Source: Chiloscyllium plagiosum (lineage: Eukaryota). Taken from it: a stretch of 54,709 nucleotides of DNA. The position numbers were made by a program, and so were the translations under genes. Under the pieces are notes generated by a model that worked only from the letters and a program-made list of their open reading frames with translations, was not told the DNA's origin and ran no database searches. Location: contig NC_057720.1 in the NCBI RefSeq assembly GCF_004010195.1, forward strand, positions 1,410,937 through 1,465,645, read 5' to 3'. Shown here piece by piece: positions 48,739 to 54,709 of the stretch. The stretch's first letter is position 1. Every line of letters starts with the position of its first letter.

Positions 48739-48872
48739 GCTGTTCGCAGCACTCATTGCCTGGAAGTTCCTTTGTGCCGACAAGGAACGGTATTGGTGAG
48801 TGAGGAGTACATCGATTACTTAGTGCAAGTGGCTAATCAGAAAATGGAGGAAAATGAGAAGAGGAGAAAAAG
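48739..48872 (+). CDS. TYW3: TYW3 exon 5 (134 nt)
   Basis: [44 protein letters not shown](R); cattag| and AG|gtaaaa, ends in phase 2. Confidence 0.96.
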
Positions 48873-48984
48873 GTAAAATGGCAATTGCAGGCTAGTGAAG
48901 TCTGTTCAAAAAATATGAGAGAACAGAGAACGAATTTTACTTGTGTAAACCGAGCTCTGAGTAGCAATCTCACTTTAGAGTCAG

Positions 48985-50225
48985 CGGTCATAGAGTCACA
49001 GATATGTACAGCATGGAAACAGACCCTTCAGTCCAACCCGTCCATGCCGACCAGATGTCCCAACCCAATCTAGTCACACCTGCCAGCACCCGGCCCATAT
49101 CCCTCCAAACCCTTCCTATTCATATACCCATCCAAATGCCTCTTAAATGTTGCAATTGTATCAGCCTCCACCACTTTCTCTGGCAGCTCATTCCACACCC
49201 TCTGTGTGAAAAAGTTGCCCCGTAGGTCTCTTTTATATCTTTCTCCTCTCACCCTAAACCTATGTCCTCTAGTTCTAGACTCGCCGACCCCAGAGCAAAG
49301 ACCTTGCCTATTTACCCTACTCATGCCCCTCATAATTTTGTAAACCTTTATAAGGTCACCCCTCAACCTTCAACGCTCAGGGGAAAACAGCCCCAGCCTG
49401 TTCAGCCTCTCCCTATGGGCGGCACGGTGGCACAGTGGTTAGCACTGCTGCCTCACAGCGCCAGAGACCCGGGTTCAATTCCCGCCTCAGGCGACTGACT
49501 GTGTGGAGTTTGCACGTTCTCCCCGTGTCTGTGTGGGTTTCCTCCGGGTGCTCCGATTTCCTCCCACAGTCCAAAGATGTGCAGGTCAGGTGAATTGGCC
49601 ATACTAAATTGCCCGTAGTGTTAGGTAAGGGGTAAATGTAGGGTATGGGTGGGTTGCGCTTCGGCGGGTTGGTGTGGACTTGTTTCCACACAGCTGCAAC
49701 ATGTCCTCCCAACTCCTGTACTCAATACTCTGACCAATAAAAGAAGGCATACCAAATGCCTTCTTCACTATCCTATCTACCTGTGACTCCACTTTCAAGG
49801 AACTATGAACCTGCACTTGAAGGTCTCTTTGTTCAGCAACACTCCCGAGGACCTTACCATTAACTGTATATGTCCTGCTAAGATTTGCTTTCCCAAAATG
49901 CAGCACATCGTATTTATCTGAATTAAACTCCATCTGCCACTTCTCAGCCCATTGGCCCATCTGGTTCCAGATCCTGTTGTAATCTGAGGAAACCCTCTTT
50001 GCTGTCCACTACACCTCCAATTTTGGTGTCATCTGCAAACTTACTAACTGTACCTCTTATGCTAGCGTCCAAATCATTTATGTAAATGACAAAAAGTAGA
50101 GGACCCAGCACCGATCCTTGTGGCACTCCACTGGGCACAGGCCTCCAGTCTAAAAAACAACCCTCCACCACCACCCTCTGTCTTCTACCTTTGAGCCCGT
50201 TCTGTATCCAAATGGCTAGTTCTCA
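48985..50225 (-). mobile_element. CR1 LINE RT and 3' end
   Basis: SGVPQGSVLGPLLFVIYINDLD...KFADDTKIGG. Confidence 0.92.
49417..49692 (+). mobile_element. HE1-type V-SINE, young
   Basis: Box A tggcacagtgg, box B ggttcaattcc, V domain gtggagtttgcacgttctccccgtg. Confidence 0.92.
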
Positions 50226-50349
50226 GCTGGATTGACTGAATGCCACTCTGTTGGAGGGACAGCATTGAAGCTCAATCATCTCAGCTCCAGGAAATCAATG
50301 CAGGATTTCCCCAGAGTAGTTCCTGAACCCAGCAATCTTCAGCTAGTAC

Positions 50350-51455
50350 ATTGTCATGTATAGAGAATTGGCTAATGAATAGAAGGCAAAGTTATGATAA
50401 AGGTGGGCATTTTAAGGCTGGCAACCTGAAACCAGTGAACTGCCACAGGAATCGGTGCTGGGGCCACAATTGTTTACAATATGCATTCATGATTTGGATG
50501 ACATATGAATATGGTATCATCAGGTTTGCAGATGACACAAAAATAGGTGGGAAGAGAAGTAGTGAGGATGATGCACAGTCTACAAAGGGATATAAACAGA
50601 CTGGGTGAAAACTTGGCAGGCGAAATATAATGTTGGAAAATGTATGGTAATGTATTTTGGCAGGGAAATGTAAAAGATCTGAATATATAAATGAGGAGTG
50701 ATTGCATATTGCTGCAGCAGAGGGATTTTGGGGGTCCAACGATATGAATCTCAAAAGATTCTGCTGGCAGCGAAGAGTATACATATTGGAAGCAATAAAC
50801 GTCAAACTTTGTAAATGTCCAAAAATGAGAAGAATTGAATTAAGCAAAAATTGGTACATACTGTATACAAAAATATCAAGCAAGGCAATTTTTTGTAAAA
50901 GCATCTTTCATGCTGGTCTGCAGAATGAAATTAAAGTGGTGAAATGTAGGCAGTCAGCAGTTATTAGCAGATTATTGGTGTCAGCAAACGCTTCAAGTCC
51001 AAAGAGCTAATGTCCAAGTTCAGCCAGTGACGGAGAAGTCAAACAGAATGTTGGCCTTTATTTCAAAGAAAATTGCGTATTGAAGCAGGGAGGTTTTGCT
51101 AAAACATACAAGGCACCCGTCCGACCACAGCTGGAATACTATGAACAGTTTTGGGCTGTTTATCTGAGGAAAGATATACAGGTATTGGAGGCAGTCCAGA
51201 AAAGGTTCACCAGACTGACGCCTGGTGTAGAGGGGCTGTCTTATGAGAGATTACGTAAGCTGGGCGTTTACTCATTAACATTTATAAGAATGAGAGAACT
51301 TATTGAAGAATACAATATCATATGGGAACTTGACAGGGTAAATGCTGAGATTATTTTGGAAAGTCGAGGACCAGAGGATATAATCTCAGATTAAGATGTC
51401 ACATTTAAAACAGATGAGGAGGAACTTCTCTGAGTGCAGTGAATATATGGCATTA
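50350..51455 (+). mobile_element. Old CR1 LINE with an unrelated insert of about 250 bp
   Basis: RFADDTKIGGK; YKAPVRPQLEYYEQFWAVYLRKD. Confidence 0.8.
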
Positions 51456-51459
51456 TTTA

Positions 51460-52880
51460 GACAATAGACAATAGGTGCAGGAGTAGGCCATTCAGCCCTT
51501 CGAGCCTGCACCGCCATTCAACATGATCATGGCTGATCATTCCGAATCGGTATCCTGTTCCTGCCTTATCTCCATAACCCTTGATTCCATATCTTTGAGA
51601 GCTCTATCCAACTCTTTCTTAAATGAATCCAGAGACTGGGCCTCCACTGCCCTCTGGAGCAGAGCATTCCACACAGCCACCACTCTCTGGGTGAAGTTTC
51701 TCCTCATCTGTCCTAAATGGCCTACCCCGTATTTTTAAGCTGTGTCCTCTGGTTCGGCACTCACCCATCAGCGGAAATATGTTTCCTGCTGCCAGAGTGT
51801 CCAATCCTTTCATAATCTTATATGTCTCAATCAGATCCCCTCTCAGTTTTCTGAACTCAAGGGTATACAATCCCAGTTGCTTCAGTCTTTCAGTATAAGG
51901 TAATCCCGCCATTCCAGGAATTGACCTTGTGAACCTACGCTGNNNNNNNNNNNNNNNNNNNNNNNNNNNNNNNNNNNNNNNNNNNNNNNNNNNNNNNNNN
52001 NNNNNNNNNNNNNNNNNNNNNNNNNNNNNNNNNNNNNNNNNNNNNNNNNNNNNNNNNNNNNNNNNNNNNNNNNNNNNNNNNNNNNNNNNNNNNNNNNNNN
52101 NNNNNNNNNNNNNNNNNNNNNNNNNNNNNNNNNNNNNNNNNNNNNNNNNNNNNNNNNNNNNNNNNNNNNNNNNNNNNNNNNNNNNNNNNNNNNNNNNNNN
52201 NNNNNNNNNNNNNNNNNNNNNNNNNNNNNNNNNNNNNNNNNNNNNNNNNNNNNNNNNNNNNNNNNNNNNNNNNNNNNNNNNNNNNNNNNNNNNNNNNNNN
52301 NNNNNNNNNNNNNNNNNNNNNNNNNNNNNNNNNNNNNNNNNNNNNNNNNNNNNNNNNNNNNNNNNNNNNNNNNNNNNNNNNNNNNNNNNNNNNNNNNNNN
52401 NNNNNNNNNNNNNNNNNNNNNNNNNNNNNNNNNNNNNNNNNNNNNNNNNNNNNNNNNNNNNNNNNNNNNNNNNNNNNNNNNNNNNNNNNNNNNNNNNNNN
52501 NNNNNNNNNNNNNNNNNNNNNNNNNNNNNNNNNNNNNNNNNNNNNNNNNNNNNNNNNNNNNNNNNNNNNNNNNNNNNNNNNNNNNNNNNNNNNNNNNNNN
52601 NNNNNNNNNNNNNNNNNNNNNNNNNNNNNNNNNNNNNNNNNNNNNNNNNNNNNNNNNNNNNNNNNNNNNNNTCATCCATCTTATGCCTAATGCTTCGTGC
52701 ATTCATGTATAGTATTTTTAATTTGTTACTGCTCTCACCCTTCCCATCAACCCCTATTTCACTCAACCTTACAGCATGATCCCTTTCCGAGTTTTCTGCC
52801 TCATTGGTACAGTTGTCTTTCTTGACTTCTCTTGTTCTAACTTTCCCTTCAATTTCCTTTTTAAACATCCAGTTTGTTGA
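51460..52880 (-). mobile_element. CR1 LINE spanning an N gap (endonuclease start to 3' end)
   Basis: LKILYMNARSIRHKMD before the gap; LGLYTLEFRKLRGDLIETYKIMKG after it. Confidence 0.82.
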
Positions 52881-52889
52881 TGTTTTTCC

Positions 52890-53055
52890 AAGAATCCCTA
52901 CAGTGGGAAACTGTAGGCCATTAAAGGCCATTTTCCTTTAATGCACCTAACCTACACATCCCTGAACATTGGACAATTTAGCGTGGCCAAATCACCTAAC
53001 CTGCACATCTTTGGACTGTGGGAGGAATCTGGAGCACCCGGAAGAAACCCACAGG
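52890..53055 (-). mobile_element. HE1 SINE 3' fragment
   Basis: cacctaacctgcacatctttggactgtgggagg. Confidence 0.75.
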
Positions 53056-53488
53056 TTTATGTAATGTTCAGCACCATTCAAGATTCTTTAGATACTTAAG
53101 CAGTTTATGTCCATTTTGGGAAAGACATGGACAGTATCCAGGTTTGGGTTGATAAGTGGCAAGTCACTGGTGTCAACTGGTGCCAGTAATGACCTGTCCA
53201 ACAAGTAAGAATCCAACCATGCTACAGGAGCAGGTCAACTGCTTGGAATTCTGGGGCACTTAAGTCACCACTTGTCTCCAAAGTCTTTCTATCATTCACA
53301 GCACGCAAGTTATGACACTGTTGGAATATGCTCTTTTGCCTACACGAATACAACTGCAGGAGCACTGAAGAAGCTCAATATGATCTGAGACAAAGCAACT
53401 CATTTGACTGGCACCCCATGCACCAACTTCAGAATTCACTCTCTCCTTTGAACACAGTAGCAGCATAGTTGGTCAAGACCAGCAGGTA

Positions 53489-53649
53489 GGAGAAAGTGAG
53501 GACTGCAGATGCTGGAGATCAGAGCTGAAAAATGTGTTGCTGGAAAAGCGCAGCAGGGCTGAAGAACGGCTAATGCCCGAAATGTCGATTCTCCTGCTCC
53601 ATGGGTGCTGCCTGACCTGCTGCGTTTTTCCAGCAACACATTTTTCAGC
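53489..53649. mobile_element. Fold-back family A PLE derivative inside a LINE remnant (53100-53910)
   Basis: 15-bp TSD with 1 mismatch, caagaccag(c/a)aggta, at 53474-53488 and 53650-53664; core ctgaagaacggctaatgcccgaaatgtc. Confidence 0.85.
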
Positions 53650-54514
53650 CAAGACCAGAAGGTACGTGGGAGCACCATAATTTGTAAGTTCCCCTCCAAG
53701 CCACACCAGAATGACTTGCTGTTACTTCAGTGTTGCTGGATTAAAATCCTGAAACTCACTTTCTAGCATCACTGTGGATGTCCCGACACTGAACTGATGC
53801 AACAATTCAAGAAGGCTGATCACTGCAACTTTCTCAAGGACAATTAAGGATAGACATTAAATGGTTGGCCTTTCAGCAAAGCTCATGTCCAGTAAACAAA
53901 TACAAAGAAAATGTTGATATCTCTTGAATTCTGTGGTTCAGCACTTTTTTTCATCATGGATCCTGATTTCAACATTTCTGTTTGGAGCCAACAGATAATG
54001 TGAGTTGATGCTTGAGAGAATGTGGCCAAATAGCAGGGATCCAGTTGAGATCAAGACAAGCGGCATTCAAACAGAAAACATCTGTAGAGCTGCAGGGTTT
54101 TCTTAAACCTACCCTGGCTCTACTTGAATTATTTGGAGAAAATGAAAAAGACTTAATAGTAGAAAACGTCATTCAGATTGTTTGCCAAAGCACTCACCAT
54201 GACGACAGGCTGTGAAATGCAGATACTGCAATTGTTTAGCATTTATTGTCTGTGTTGCAGATTTGGAAGTTTAAAGTCAGAAGAATGTAGAGGTGGACAG
54301 TGCTACATTTGTGTAAACTGTTTTGAGGAAGCAGTAGCTGCCAGTGAGTTTCTTCTGCCAGGCATAGCATTCATCGAGATCAATAACAGCTACAGATCAG
54401 CCCTGTTCTGATTGAATGGAGAAACAGACTCCAAGGGCTGAACAATACTTTATTCCTGTAGCAAAAAAGATTCACAATCCAATCATGTTTAAACGTTATT
54501 AAAATCGTGTTGAT

Positions 54515-54709
54515 AGAACATAGAAGAATACAGCGCAGTACAGGCCCTTTGGCCCTCGATGTTGCGCCGATCCAAGCCCACCGAACCTACACTAGCCCAC
54601 TATCCTCCATATGCCTATCCAATGCCCGCTTAAATGCCCATAAAGAGGGAGAGTCCACCACTGCTACTGGCAGGGCATTCCATGATCTCACGACTCGCTG
54701 AGTAAAGAA
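54515..54709 (-). mobile_element. CR1 3' end, runs off the window
   Basis: atagaacatagaagaatacagc tail and gggcattccatg..gagtaaagaa. Confidence 0.75.

Noticed and set aside
49417..49490. tRNA-like sequence with A and B boxes
   Set aside because: Head of an HE1 SINE, continuing into the V domain; not a tRNA gene
50758..51010. Alternative TYW3 last exon (aag|A TTC TGC...)
   Set aside because: No polypyrimidine tract, embedded in CR1, no recognisable homology
54261..54411. Possible TYW3 last exon (tgttgcag|A TTT gives R-F in the correct phase)
   Set aside because: The following peptide (GSLKSEECRGG) does not resemble the TYW3 C-terminus I know, and its end overlaps a CR1-like tail. The real exon probably lies beyond the window; not excluded.

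Overview
Vertebrate genomic DNA, very probably from a cartilaginous fish: it carries HE1-type V-SINEs, Deu-domain SINEs and elasmobranch-style CR1 LINEs (inference from repeat families). Two host genes lie head-to-head across a CpG-island promoter at about 32.1-32.5 kb. CRYZ (zeta-crystallin/quinone reductase) is on the minus strand, with coding exons at 14815-14934 and 5581-5733, and continues off the left edge. TYW3 (tRNA wybutosine methyltransferase) is on the plus strand, with five coding exons from 32336 to 48872; its last exon was not confidently found. The introns are mostly decayed retroelements: CR1, Rex1/Babar, Penelope-like elements (PLEs), SINEs, a solo LTR and a 33-bp minisatellite. 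The most striking pattern is more than a dozen short PLE-derived insertions in at least three sequence families. Many are fold-back palindromes with 12-15 bp target-site duplications (TSDs), and many carry a minimal hammerhead-ribozyme core (CTGANGA-stem-GAAA-palindromic tetramer). One copy still carries open RT coding sequence. A candidate alternative TATA promoter/first exon sits in CRYZ intron 1. Repeat boundaries were estimated by eye and are approximate unless a TSD is quoted.
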